A stretch of 63,709 bases of DNA, filler included, from Rhabdomonas costata (lineage: Eukaryota): assembly GCA_019059605.1 (NCBI GenBank). It is 52 parts of 52 records of this genome, joined end to end, with 100 filler letters (N's around TTAATTAATTAA, not from the genome) between each part and the next. Parts side by side here need not be neighbours in the genome. Positions count along the whole stretch, not along the records: positions 1 to 1,128 come from JAHMHO010027226.1; positions 1,229 to 2,356 come from JAHMHO010027227.1; positions 2,457 to 3,584 come from JAHMHO010027228.1; positions 3,685 to 4,812 come from JAHMHO010027229.1; positions 4,913 to 6,040 come from JAHMHO010027230.1; positions 6,141 to 7,268 come from JAHMHO010027231.1; positions 7,369 to 8,496 come from JAHMHO010027232.1; positions 8,597 to 9,724 come from JAHMHO010027233.1; 44 more parts are not named here. One strand, given 5' to 3'. This document shows positions 1 through 12,280 of this stretch, one piece after another. The notes under the pieces are model-generated. The model had not been told where the DNA came from. It searched no databases and worked only from the letters and a program-made list of their open reading frames with translations. The position numbers and the translations under genes are program-made. Positions within the stretch are counted from its first letter, which is position 1; each line of letters starts with the position of its first letter.

Positions 1-95
1 GGTGGTTGGGGGTGCGTTTCCCTGCCTCACCTCAGAAGGAACACTTCCACTCCGACAGCGAAACGCACCCCCAACCCCAGTAAAAGAGCGCATAC

Positions 96-233
96 TTGAA
101 CGAAGGCATTCGGGCCAGGGTATAGAGAGCGGTTGATGAGCAGGCGCACCACAAGTGGGACATTGCGGTCGATGCCCCAAGCATTCGCCACCAAGGGATC
201 CAGCAGCTCCGACAGGGGCAAGGAAATCACCAC
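96..233 (-). CDS. Exon resembling the N-terminal region of PARP6/PARP8-type mono-ADP-ribosyltransferases
   Basis: tgcag|GTG acceptor and CAA|gtatgc donor. VVISLPLSELLDPLVANAWGIDRNVPLVVRLLINRSLYPGP resembles the PARP6/8 pattern LD..V..AW......PIVLRL (recalled, not searched). Confidence 0.4.
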
Positions 234-1128
234 CTGCAGACAGAGAGAGAGAGGAAGCTTTTAAGGCATGGGCAACCCAAGCGATCCAGCGGACACAAGG
301 CAAGCCAGCGTAGCAACCAGAAGCTCACGATCCACACACGGGTTTCCTTCTTCGAGTCCGAAACGATTGCTGGGGCATTCGAACCTGTCCTGGAATCCTG
401 GTGGCCTTTTTTCAAGCTTTTTCGATTGCGTCCTGACTGCATAACAGCAGGGGACTCGGACTGCGGAGCCGTTGCTCTCCAAGCGCACCCAGACACGCAA
501 CGCGCTCGCCCCTTGAGGCCCAGCTGGCTGGGGAGCAGGTCGAGGAAGATCCTCCAGGTGGAAGAATCTGAACCCACCGCGCTGGCGGTGTGAGAACCTC
601 GTACACTTTCCCCTCCCAATCGAATCGAAACGATGGCGCACAATCTCCACTCCACCCATTTGGTCCAAGCACAGGGAAAGGCTCACTTCCCTCCCCTGAC
701 TTCGCACCCATTCCACACGCACATTCACAAATGTTTTGTCTTGTTCTTCACTTCACCAAAAAAAAATGAAAAATGAAATCAATGAGACAGGGAAAATACC
801 AGGCTCTCATCAATCTCCACATGCTTTTCTTCTTCCACGCTCCCCTTGCATTGCGAGCTGAGGTAGGTTGTGAGCCGGCCAATGTCATCGTCCTGAGATG
901 CCAAACCAGAGCCAAAGCGTGACGTGTAAAGAAAAGCACATCAAAAAGGGCATGGCAACCAGAAATCGTTGCGCTACGGTGTGACAACTGGCGAATGACG
1001 GACAAAAAACCAACAAAAATAAGTGCTCATACGAGGGCGTCCATAAATTCATAGATCCTTAAACTCACGTTGCCCCCTCTTAAAGCGCATTCTTGAGACC
1101 CCCAACCCCAACCAACCACACCCACCAC

Positions 1129-1228
1129 NNNNNNNNNNNNNNNNNNNNNNNNNNNNNNNNNNNNNNNNNNNNTTAATTAATTAANNNNNNNNNNNNNNNN
1201 NNNNNNNNNNNNNNNNNNNNNNNNNNNN
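1129..1228. other. Artificial scaffold spacer (first of 51): 44 N + TTAATTAATTAA + 44 N
   Basis: An identical 100-nt block recurs about every 1227 nt through to 62483-62582. TTAATTAATTAA gives stops in all six frames. Contigs are 1117-1129 nt long. Confidence 0.99.
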
Positions 1229-1374
1229 GTGTGGGTGTGTCAGCACTGGTCAACGATTCCTACAAATAGGAACCCCATATTTTCAAATTTAATAAAAATA
1301 TTAATTTCAAAAAAATTCACTGCTACAATCCGAAAGGGTCCCGTTTCGTCCCGTTTCGAGCCAAGACACACAGG

Positions 1375-2281
1375 ACTTCCCTGGCCGATACCCGTCCCAC
1401 AAGCTCCCACTCCGTCTCTGGCATACCCTGCTAGGGCAGCCAGCCTGTCCAAAGCTGCAGCAGAGCTGCCGTACTCTGACAGCGGGAGAGTATGCCAGAC
1501 CGTGTTCTGCGCATCGTCTACGGCACTCAGGTCTGCGCCCATAGCCAGCGCCATCTCCACAAACCCAACGTGGACCCCTTTTTTTGGAAGGCAAGTCGGG
1601 TGGTGGTGACAGTGGGGAGAGCGTGGAAATACAGTGCACTTGGGGGGATGCCAGATGCCTAGACCATTTCGTGCATGTTCAGCAGTGCACCAAAACACCA
1701 TCCCCTTTCCTTTTACTTGCCTCCCAGCAGGCGGTTCAACGGCTTGATACCTTCAAACCTTCTGGAAGGAAAAGGATTTGTTTCAGGGAATCAAGCGCCC
1801 ATAGGGCAAGGGCACCCACCAAACGCACCCACACACTCTTACTGACTCACTCACTCACTCCGTCTGTGCACTTGAAAACGGTAAATTTTTCGAAGAGGTC
1901 TCGACTTCTCCCCGTAAGGTTGGCTAACCCCATGTGACCACACACAGTGCACACACATACACATACACACACCGTCCTCTGGCCCCGCCCCTCCTCGGCT
2001 CGGGCTGCGATTGGGAGGTACGAGGTGCATCGGGGTCCGGCCGGAGGAGTCCCTCGCGGCAAGCCAAGACCGCGCGACGTCCTCCGCAGAGGAAGCGCTC
2101 CCGCCTCCGCAACTGCCAGCGGACACAGAGGAGGCGATGGAGGAAGATGGAGGAGGGGTCCTCCATAGGCGGGCCAGGCTGCTCAGGCTGTGCCGCAAAA
2201 TAGCACACACCCAGCCATCGGAGGGGTCCGTGCAGATGGCATTGACAGCGCAGGAGCAAAGCACATGCAGAAACGTCTGCC
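1375..2281 (-). CDS. Ankyrin-repeat protein, partial (exons ~2281-2021 and ~1578-1375)
   Basis: AARDSSGRTPMHL ends at a GT donor. The downstream exon HVGFVEMALAMGADLSAVDDAQNTVWH continues the ankyrin consensus. Confidence 0.7.
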
Positions 2282-3085
2282 CTGTGAAAGGGGAACAAAA
2301 TTGACCACTTGGGGGGAAAGGGGGGCGTATATGCGTTGTTCAGCAACCCCAAACCCNNNNNNNNNNNNNNNNNNNNNNNNNNNNNNNNNNNNNNNNNNNN
2401 TTAATTAATTAANNNNNNNNNNNNNNNNNNNNNNNNNNNNNNNNNNNNNNNNNNNNCACGCTGTCCGCGCGGGGCAGCAGAGTGCGGATCTTCGAGACGG
2501 CCTGTGTGTGTGTGTGTGTGCGATCCCGGTCGAGTACCATCCATTAAGAAAGTGAATGTGAGTGAGGTGGGAACGATGGAGAGAAGGAGTTGAATATTAT
2601 GAGTAAGTCAGTATGAATATTCATCACCCAGAGAGGGTGCGAAGGTAATGATGTCGTTGTGGAAGCCTTTCTTTGAGGCCTTTTGTTGCGTTGTGGCCCT
2701 TTGTGTTGCCACCTGATTAAGTCTCGAAGCCTGGCGTTTTGCGACCAAACGCTCGACTGGGCAGAGAAGGTTGAAGAGGGAATTCTTCAAACCGAAACTT
2801 GTCATTCGGGCTAGATATATTTTATTTAAAAAAAACTGATGGAACGGGTGAAATTAACCGCCCATCTCAAGAAAGGGGCAGTGGTGAGCCCGAGCGGTCA
2901 GGTGAGCCGGCCTTGGCACGCAATGTAAGTCAATACAACAGAGGGCTCAACTGGAGGAAGAGAAATTTGCAGATTCGCCTCAGCGGTCCCAAAAGAAAAG
3001 GCACCGACGTCGCCCAATGCCGCCACGTCCGTTTCGATTCAATATGATCAAAATATGGTTGTTTTTCAGTATGGGAAAGAGGAAC

Positions 3086-3253
3086 CTCGTCGTATTTCGC
3101 GGCGTCGATTGCCTCGTAAGGCATCTGCGGGAATGCCCCGTACTCATGCCGAGGGAGGAAGGAAATTCCCTTGAGCTGGTACTGGAAGAAGTTCAGCGCG
3201 TAAGGGAGCATATCGCCCTCAGTCTTCGGGTCAAACGTCACCGTAGCAGAAAC
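3086..3253 (-). CDS. nrdJ: Exon of class II (adenosylcobalamin-dependent, monomeric RTPR-type) ribonucleotide reductase, C-terminal region
   Basis: 168-nt exon with tag| acceptor and |gt donor: VSATVTFDPKTEGDMLPYALNFFQYQLKGISFLPRHEYGAFPQMPYEAIDAAKYDE. VS.TVTF, LKGISFLP and PQMPYE.I are RTPR motifs. Confidence 0.88.
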
Positions 3254-5069
3254 CTATCAACGCGAACGCGGAAACAGCTTGATCTGTCTTTTTGCAGAGA
3301 ACGTGCGTGTGCTCATGGATCTGCTTCTGTGCGGGAGTTGGAACTAGTTGTCACCCCCCCCCCAGAGTTTATGGTCGCCGATGCTTGTTGCTGGCAAGCC
3401 CGCACCCACAGCCCGAGAATAGAATAGTATCGGGTTTCTGCTGCGCTTTTTTTGCTCTGTGATCTCAGCTTTTCAAATGTCTCTGCCCCAAAAGACCTCT
3501 CTCACTACATAGGAGCGATTTTGAAAGAGGCGAACAAGTGGAGAGTGCGGCATAAATGGCCACTCCGCACTCCAATTTTTTTTTNNNNNNNNNNNNNNNN
3601 NNNNNNNNNNNNNNNNNNNNNNNNNNNNTTAATTAATTAANNNNNNNNNNNNNNNNNNNNNNNNNNNNNNNNNNNNNNNNNNNNGGTTGTTGGGTACTGC
3701 TCAAGATGCTGTCCCGCTCATCAGCCATGATCACCAGAACAAAACCTATATTTGGCTGAAGGTGACGAACAGCAACATAGGCTGAAGATGTGGAATCCAC
3801 ATAGCCTCTCGGATTTCGAGGAGGTCAGGCAACTTCGCGTGGCTAAAAAAAATTAACCAGAGTTAACGAGAGTAGGATGAAAATTTCGATTCGACATGCG
3901 AACATGTGAGAACTGCTTCCAGTTGGCTACCTTTGTGTTACCTCACCAGCTTACATGTTGCACAGGGTTCAGGGTTTTTGGTCCCCAATAATTTTACTTC
4001 CCTACGACTTCCCGTGTAGCTCTGGTTGTTGGTCTGGTTGTGCTCTATGCGATAAGTCAACCTTAATACAGGCTGTGCTGCACTGGGAACTTCATCACCC
4101 CACCCCATCCCACACTTTCATTCTCTGCATTTCCCCGTTTTTTTTTTGCTCCTTTTGGGTTACCCGCGAAAACTTTCGCTTTGCGTGTTTGCCTTTTCTC
4201 AGAGGCGTCTTTGATCAGACTCACTCAGGCGTACCTCTCGCGACCCTCAGCAGGACTTGTGCCTGCTTGCTACTCACTGCCCACATCCTTCTCTGCATTG
4301 CACATGGACGGGTCTGGTCGTTTTTCAGGGAGTACAACAAGGGGCAAGGTGATAGTATTGTGATCACACGTTTTTTAGGGGAGCCTTCTCTTCGGCTGTG
4401 CTCTGTTGTGGTGGGCAAGTTTTCTTCATTGGGTTCCTTCTCTGCGATTGGCAGCTGGCGCTTCCATGTGAACCGAGAGGCGACAGGGTTCAAGGCGTGG
4501 TCTTTTTCTTTGCTTTTTTGGATCGTGGTTCCGTTTTCCTCCCGCTTTTTTATATGCACTTGGTGACCCCAAGTGAGCCTTGCGGCGATTCTGTTTCCAT
4601 GGTCGATGGGGGGAAGCTGAATTGGGTTGATTCAATATTTGAAATAAAGGGATCGCTTCTCTTCCAAGGGTGACGAAGGGGCGCACCGCAACGCCGGGTA
4701 GCATCCCTTTGCAAAAGAAGTTTTCACTTTCATATTCTCAGGCTACCCTTACCACCCTACAGTCTGAGGTCCCCGGGACCATTATCCAAATTTACTCGGC
4801 ATATCCCCAACANNNNNNNNNNNNNNNNNNNNNNNNNNNNNNNNNNNNNNNNNNNNTTAATTAATTAANNNNNNNNNNNNNNNNNNNNNNNNNNNNNNNN
4901 NNNNNNNNNNNNTGTGGGTGTTAAGCGGTGGACGAGGACAACGCGCACATCTTTAGCCTGCGAAAAGACAGGTAATCTTGAAACGATGCATCCACGCACT
5001 ACCTTCATCCTTTTCAACTCAAGCTCAAAAAACACCACAAATAAAGGGGAGTCGCGGAGGGGCGCAGAC

Positions 5070-5758
5070 CACGCCGTGGCATGGGAAGACGTCCAGGGTG
5101 TCGTCGATAGGGCACAGGGCCTTTAGGGTGCAAACCAGGTTGCTGACCACAGCGGCCAGGAACCCAATGAAGATGCTGCTCTGTACGGTGACGTACCCAC
5201 ACGCAGGGGTGATCGCCACCAGCCCCACGACGGCCCCAGCACATGCACCCTATTTGAGGGAGGCAAGCGGTGCAAAACGCAGAGGTGACAAGCACCTTCT
5301 CGCGCAGGTTTCGAGCGTTCCGCGTTTCCAGTATGCAGTACCTGGGCACGCCGTGATGCTGCGCCCAGATCTGACCCAAAATTCAGGGAACAAAAATACC
5401 GAATGGGTGCGTAGGATCACCAATGAAGGTACTTTCAAAAAGTGGGTAAAAAGAAGTAAAAATCCGGTAACTTCATTTTTGGGCCCTGCAAATTTCCATA
5501 AAAACCGGATTTTCTTTTGGAATTCACACTGCACACTGCACAGTGTACGGCATACGCGGGCTCCAATTCCGTTCAATGGTGAAACTTGTTCTATGGACGG
5601 CGAAAATCCTGTAGTCATTAAACTACCCCCACCCCTGCCCCTGCGAAAGACTCGCAGACCGTGGCCGAGGGCTTGCGGCCCTGCGCACAGTCGAAGATCA
5701 TCCACGACACCATCGCCATCGCTGCTGCGGTGTTCGTATTCAGAAAGGCGCACACCGC
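5070..5758 (-). CDS. amt: Ammonium transporter (Amt family), two exons: 5758-5660 and 5249-5070
   Basis: Spliced product AVCAFLNTNTAAAMAMVSWMIFDCAQGRKPSAT|GACAGAVVGLVAITPACGYV...IDDTLDVFPCHGV. Both exons are AG/GT bounded and phase 0. Confidence 0.95.
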
Positions 5759-7368
5759 CTGTGGGTTCGCCGCCAGCGCGGACCCTACCAAACGAAAGGA
5801 CGGGGAAACCGATTGCCCAAAAGGGAGGTGAGAGGAAAAGGAGCTTCCCCCATAACGCAGCAGTTCCCCTAAGGACTGCTGTCAAGGAGGTTCGATCCGG
5901 TGCTCTCCACACTCACCGGCCGACGCGCACCGACCGACGACACTCACCGCCGACGCATATCATACCAAAAACACTGCAAAAACCTGAATCTCAAAAACCC
6001 TGTTCAAACCAAAGGCTGAAAAAACAAAAACACCAAACACNNNNNNNNNNNNNNNNNNNNNNNNNNNNNNNNNNNNNNNNNNNNTTAATTAATTAANNNN
6101 NNNNNNNNNNNNNNNNNNNNNNNNNNNNNNNNNNNNNNNNGTGTTTTTTTTCGAAGCTGAAACTGCGGCGAAAGTCCGAAGCTGAAACTGCGGCGACTGA
6201 AAGAGCTTTGACGGTGACGGAACTGGTTAGCGCTCTGTGGCATCTGCATCATGCAGTTTGCATTGACAGTCTTCACATTTTCTGCCCCTGCTAAAGAAAT
6301 CCCGCGAATGAATACTGAAAGCACGGTCTTTTTGAATACCCGCACTTTCAGCTCTCTCCCACCCTGTGGAGCTATCGCCCTTCTCTGCCACGGAAACGCC
6401 CCTGCCCACGCTGGTTACCATCCACACCCCGCGGGACTTCAACGTCTGAGGACTCTATGGCCATGACGAAGTTGTCAAAATGGGGTTTCACAGGGCCGAA
6501 AGTTGCCCAAAGTCCTTGCTCCAGCAAGTCTCTACGTCTATTCTCACCACTTGCTTTCAGTGCTTGCCCTTACTATTATTCTTCTCATTTCTGTAACTCG
6601 GCCTCGCCGCTGTGGTTCTGTAATGTGTTTGCTTTGTGCGCCATTTTTCTTGCCGCTCAATACATCGTCGGTGCTGTTCATTGATGATAAGCATATAATT
6701 TTCTGTCCTATTTGAAATCATGCTCACGGAAATCGGGTGTTGTGCAAATTCCATCCTTTTTTGTGGTACCGGGCAGGGGCTTTCCCCACCGGTAATCCTG
6801 CACTTTCCGACTCAATAGTTCTGGCTTTCCTATACTACTGAGTATAAAGTCCGAACCCCCGTTGACACGAATCAGCCCGCTGTGAACCCCTCATACCAGT
6901 TATGTTGTTATGTATGCTTGTGGGCTCTGGCTTGTTCTTGACGACAGCTTCTGTGTAGTTTCTGTCGAACTTTCATGTTGGTATTGCGGGGGGGGGGGTG
7001 CAGCTTTCTGACCCACCCCAAACCAGAACGATTTATTCCCATATCGCTGACACATTTCATCATTCATCACTGATTCATCGAAGCCCAGCAACGAGAATTA
7101 CAACTGTCCGATGGCTGGCTTTTGGTAAACGTGAGCATTTGTGATATTTTATTGCGATTCATGTCATTCCGAGAAGGAGATTTTATTTGCTCTGCTGTGA
7201 AGGGAGAGTGTCGAACGAGTTGTCGTGGCAGGAAACCCAAACGTGGTGTGGTTTCCTGCCACAACACANNNNNNNNNNNNNNNNNNNNNNNNNNNNNNNN
7301 NNNNNNNNNNNNTTAATTAATTAANNNNNNNNNNNNNNNNNNNNNNNNNNNNNNNNNNNNNNNNNNNN

Positions 7369-7730
7369 TGTGGTGTGTCTCTGTTCTGTCTCAGTCTCAA
7401 TGGCTTCTGTCTCTGTTGGTGTTAGCCATGCTCACTGTTTCTTTAACCATGCTCTTTGTGTGTTGGGGTGTTAGCGTTTCTGTAGTGGTTGTGTCTGTCA
7501 TCGTGTGCTTTGTGAGTGTAGTGTGTTACGTTGTTACGGTGTGTTTGTGTAGTGCTGGGTTAGTGCTTGTGTGTGTGGATGGATGTCTCTTTGTGTCTCT
7601 AGCGCTGTGTTAGTTTTTGTCTCTCCTACCAGGTGTCTTTGTTCTCAAGTGCTGGGTTGATGTGCTTCTGGTGTGTGTCGATGTGTGTGTTAAGTGTGTC
7701 TTTAGTGCTTGTGTCTTCCTACCAGGTGCC
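7369..7730 (+). repeat. GT-rich low-complexity tract
   Basis: Degenerate (GT)n/TGT sequence with a duplicated CCTACCAGGTG motif. Confidence 0.7.
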
Positions 7731-8132
7731 TTCGTGTTCTTCGTGCAATACAAAAGCCCCGGCAATGAGGAACTGGTCACAAAGGTGTTTAAGTCAGGCC
7801 CAAGAGACCCTCCAGGATGCAAGGAAACAATATGACGCGCGACGGACCGCACCGACAAGGGCGGAAACAGAACGAAGCCCAGCAACCGCCGAACCTTATT
7901 AGTAGTGCGATGCTGGCACGGGATATCATGCAAGTTCCAACCGTGTCCCTTTGTGCACCCGAGGGAGGAGCACCTAGAACGGACCCGCGTGGAGACGGAC
8001 TCAGTGCCCAGAAGTAAAAGCGGACCATGGGAAGCCAAAGTACTCGCACCAGGGCAATGAGTCAATGTGACAACCTCGTACCTGAGGCTCAGCTGACCAG
8101 GGTAGGAATGCCCGCAACGCAACGATAGAGCC

Positions 8133-8492
8133 ATGTGCTGGCACGGCGACGCCTGTAGATACGGGTGCTGCCCGTGTACCCATCATCCGAAAGAAAAGCC
8201 TCAAGGGGCGTTCCCGCGAGAAAAGGGCCCAGCCCCCCAGGGAAGGAGTGTGGAGTCGCAGAGACCTGCGCCGCAATGGAGCAATGCAGGTGGCCGCTGG
8301 AAAGGAGCAGCTGCGCAACAAAGGCCCGGGACCCGTGGGGCAGAAGGGAGGTTACCAGATGTGGAACGTTCGGCGGTGAGGTGCTGGCACGGCGACGCCT
8401 GTAGATACGGATGCTGCCTGTTCACCCATCCCGGAACCCGTGGGGCTGAAGTTAGGTTACCAGATGTGGAACGTTCCACATCTGGTAACCCC
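8133..8492 (+). repeat. Dispersed repeat family A, copy with an internal ~246-nt tandem unit
   Basis: TGCTGGCACGGCGACGCCTGTAGATACGG occurs at 8136 and 8382. The block is shared with 37010-37472, 24200-24450 and, more divergently, 10575-10690 (-). Confidence 0.9.
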
Positions 8493-8964
8493 CCCCNNNN
8501 NNNNNNNNNNNNNNNNNNNNNNNNNNNNNNNNNNNNNNNNTTAATTAATTAANNNNNNNNNNNNNNNNNNNNNNNNNNNNNNNNNNNNNNNNNNNNGGTT
8601 GTTGGGGGCCCGTGCATTCTTAGCTCCAAGAGCTTGTAATTTCTCAGGGGTGGATAAAATCCTGTGACAGAGTTGAATGAGATGATATAAGGGTCGGTTC
8701 ACCAATCTTTGTTGTTGATGAAACCGAAACCGAAAATTTGGCTGCGATTGCAGACTGGTTGACCAGGGCGAAATTCTAAACAAATAAAAAATCTCACAAA
8801 AACAATGTCAAATGAGTTGTGTTCGTAATGGCCCACAATTGCAATCTCGCTCTGGCGCACGTGATTAACTTCTCGGAATCGAAACTCTCCCAATTCTCAC
8901 CTTAACATGCAGCGCGCCTGATCCTATACGAATGACTGGCTAAAAGACATTAACACCAACTGCC

Positions 8965-9647
8965 TTTCTTAGCGTAAGAGCGCGAGTAGCCAGGCGGAGA
9001 CCGTTGACTACTCGTCCTTCCTGCAGCAGAAGCAGCTCCGGGAGCACCAGCAAGTGGTGCAGCAGGCCATGCTGCAAACTGCTGCGAGACTGGTATGCAC
9101 TGTGTGCACCTCCCTGCCGCAACCGCCCGCTCCGGCACCACCACTAACTGGCTTCCATTGTGGGTTGGTTTTCCGTTAAGTCTGCCAAGGGATGCCTTGG
9201 AATGTGCCTAATCCAGTTCTGTTGGAGCTATCCTCACAAAGCCATTTGATTTCTGAGCGTGTTTACGCTGAACGCCCCCCCCCCAAAAAAAATAGACCAA
9301 AACGAGAAATGTGCTTGATTCTCTGCCGTTTGAGTTGGAGAAAGCCATTTGACCTCTGAGGGTGTAGAGAACAAAGAAAGTTCTCAGATTTGCCTAGCTG
9401 CGAGTGTTTGTTTGGGTCTCGTTGGATCGGTAGTGTGGTGTTTCCTTCTTTGTGTGATGTATTCCTGAGCTAGCCGTACTCTGCCTTTTATGCATCCTGG
9501 AGCTCAGTGATCACACTGTCCGTTTGCCAGGGTAACGTGGACTACATCGTGCAGTGCATCCAGGTTTTGAAGCAGCAGCTCAAGCAGTACGCTGAGATTC
9601 AGGAGAAGCGCGCCCTCTCTGTGCAGGAGGAGCACAGCCTAAAACAG
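8965..9647 (+). CDS. Two probable exons of a Q/E-rich coiled-coil protein (~8965-9092 and 9531-9647)
   Basis: ..SSFLQQKQLREHQQVVQQAMLQTAARL|gtatg and cag|GGNVDYIVQCIQVLKQQLKQYAEIQEKRALSVQEEHSLKQ|gtg-like coding segments. Confidence 0.45.
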
Positions 9648-10574
9648 GTGTCTTGTCGCTTCCCGAAGCACTCCGTCATTATTTGCATGATTTACTGTGA
9701 ATTGAGGCGTTCTCACTCGGGGGCNNNNNNNNNNNNNNNNNNNNNNNNNNNNNNNNNNNNNNNNNNNNTTAATTAATTAANNNNNNNNNNNNNNNNNNNN
9801 NNNNNNNNNNNNNNNNNNNNNNNNAAGGAATAAGTTCTCCAAGGAGACGTCCAAACTCCACGTTAAGTCACTCACACACGGCCAGATGTGTTCCAAAAAA
9901 GCTCCGTGTCAGATCAGGTTTTGTTTAGGTTTCTCTGAGCATAAAACGTCAGCCACCTCCAAGGGTACACGTGACGCGCGTGTGCAAACATGCCTCGCAA
10001 GAAAAACGCGAGGGTTTTTTCGCTCGCTGTATAAGTACATGATTTCGCACATCGTTCCGGACAGAAAATTAAAATGGCAACCTGAACAGGTGGTGCACAG
10101 TACGGTTTCAGCTAAGCAGTACTGCACTCAAAAAAGCAAAGATAGGAGGGAGAAGACGTTGTCCCGGTGACGCACACAGACACAAGGCACCTTCCAATCC
10201 ATGGCTTCTCCGAGGGCTAGGAACTCGCTCTCGTTGCCTGCGGCATCAGAGGAATCAGTGAGATGTGTCTGTGCAAGTTATCGCAGAGCTAACTGTAGTG
10301 GGGCTCTCCTGCGCTTCCCAAGAAAAACTCAAACCAGCACTGGCCGTCAAACTCTGAGGTAGAACCTAACGAGGAATCAGCCAGGGGCTTCGGTTTCGTG
10401 GCCTTCCACTGCGCACGGGCGGCGGCAGCAGTGAAAAGCTTCCAAAACGTTCCCAAAAGCCTTCTAAGTGTGCTTGCGTTTGTGTGTTGGGCCCTGGCTG
10501 TTTGCCTGACTGAGTTGGTTTTGGATGGGCGCACGCACTGTTCCCACATGGGTGCTCGCCAGAAGTAGGGTGCC

Positions 10575-10690
10575 GTCTCACCGCCGAACATTCCAAATGC
10601 GAAGCCTCCCTTCTGACCCCGCGGGTCCCGGGCCTTTGGACACCGACCTTTCGCAACTGACGAGCCCTCTTTGGGGCTTTTTCTCCGCCA
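10575..10690 (-). repeat. Divergent copy of repeat family A
   Basis: The reverse complement contains CAAAGGCCCGGGACCCGCGGGGTCAGAAGGGAGG...GGAATGTTCGGCGGTGAG. Confidence 0.8.
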
Positions 10691-12280
10691 TGCCAACACT
10701 TTGGCAAACACCTCAAACCCTCTCTTTAAGAAATTCGACGATGCAAGAGCCTGAGGACTCGGAGACATGTGATGAAACCACGTCCTGCGGCTAACAACGG
10801 GACTCCGTGCTAGGGACCTCTTTTTCTCTTCATACCTTGGAAGGGATGCTGCTACAGATGAAAAAGCAAGGTGGGTGGATAAAGAGAAAAAGAGAACCGA
10901 AGATGTAGTCCAAGTAGGGCATCAGCTCCCTCCACTGCGCCGTGTACAAACCNNNNNNNNNNNNNNNNNNNNNNNNNNNNNNNNNNNNNNNNNNNNTTAA
11001 TTAATTAANNNNNNNNNNNNNNNNNNNNNNNNNNNNNNNNNNNNNNNNNNNNTGTGGTTGGTAAAAGGATCAGATGAATAGGCACATATTCATGCCGGAA
11101 ATGCGTAATGTCAGATTGTATAGAGTCGACTTTGCGGGAATCTGCCCAGGTCTCATGGATAATTCGGTGCTAACAGGGAGCAGGAGAGAGAAGTAATCTC
11201 GTTTTTTTGGTTTATCAATGTTGAGTGAGGGCCAAAGCATTTCAGGGGCATGATTTCTGACGCGTGACTTTGTTCCCTGTCCCGGATTTGAATGCGTCAA
11301 CTGAATTTCCAGATTCGCCGTCGTTGACGCTACCGAAGCTCCACGACCACGACCGAGTTGCCAAGTCAACCGGGCCAACAACTTAAACAATAGAGAGATT
11401 CAACGGAAAATGCCCCATTTGTTTAAGATGGCCCTTGTTGCTTCATTTTCCGCTCTGACCCGGGCCACCTCTCAACTGACCTTCTGTGCGCATTTTGTGG
11501 TCGAGTTTCGCGACGATCCTAGTTGGGGATTCAATGTCATGCCGGAAGTGGTCGATTTGGAAGTATCTGCTGTGTTCTGTTTTGCTTTTCTGCCCCGCTT
11601 AGTGATCCGAATTCTCTGCTACTCCGTCTTTCCCCACCCCTAAAACAACACGCCTTGACAAGGTTTGCCCCCGCCGAAACTTCCATAAAAATAAACCTTT
11701 GCAGAGCACATATAAGAGATTGATTCTAAAAGAAAACGGGGATGATTAATTTCTCGTGTTTTGATTATTTTGATTTGTCCCAGTTGTTTCGCCCATTGAC
11801 GCTAGACATGAAGTATCATTCCAAAGCTGCTGGGCGAAAAAAACAACACGAGAGTAACCAAAAGACAAGATCAGATTGAATGCGAGTTCAAGCATCCTCA
11901 ACGGCATATCTAAATTAGCGAAAAATGTATATTGGAGGTCTATTTGGAACTTTGTGTTTATAAAACAGAAATTTTAACAAGCATAACTGTTATCACGCGT
12001 TGCTCCGGTTGCCACTGGTCGCAAAATATGACGGATGAGTCTGTGGAGTTTTTGGTTTTTACGGATTTAAGTAATGACGCCAAAACGCCGGCCATGTCCA
12101 ATGTTAAGTGCCGAATTTCCGGTCCTAGTAAATGTTCCAGTCCCTTTATCGATGATCGAAAGCGACATTACATGGACACCNNNNNNNNNNNNNNNNNNNN
12201 NNNNNNNNNNNNNNNNNNNNNNNNTTAATTAATTAANNNNNNNNNNNNNNNNNNNNNNNNNNNNNNNNNNNNNNNNNNNN

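Noticed and set aside
4978-6096. 372-aa + strand ORF
   Set aside because: It is antisense to the two Amt exons, has no motifs and runs into the spacer. Most ORF-track entries are similar shadows, including all those ending in X..LIN.
10656-10685. CTGACGAG plus hairpin as a hammerhead ribozyme
   Set aside because: The required GAAA after stem II is absent (TTTT instead), and the sequence is part of repeat family A.
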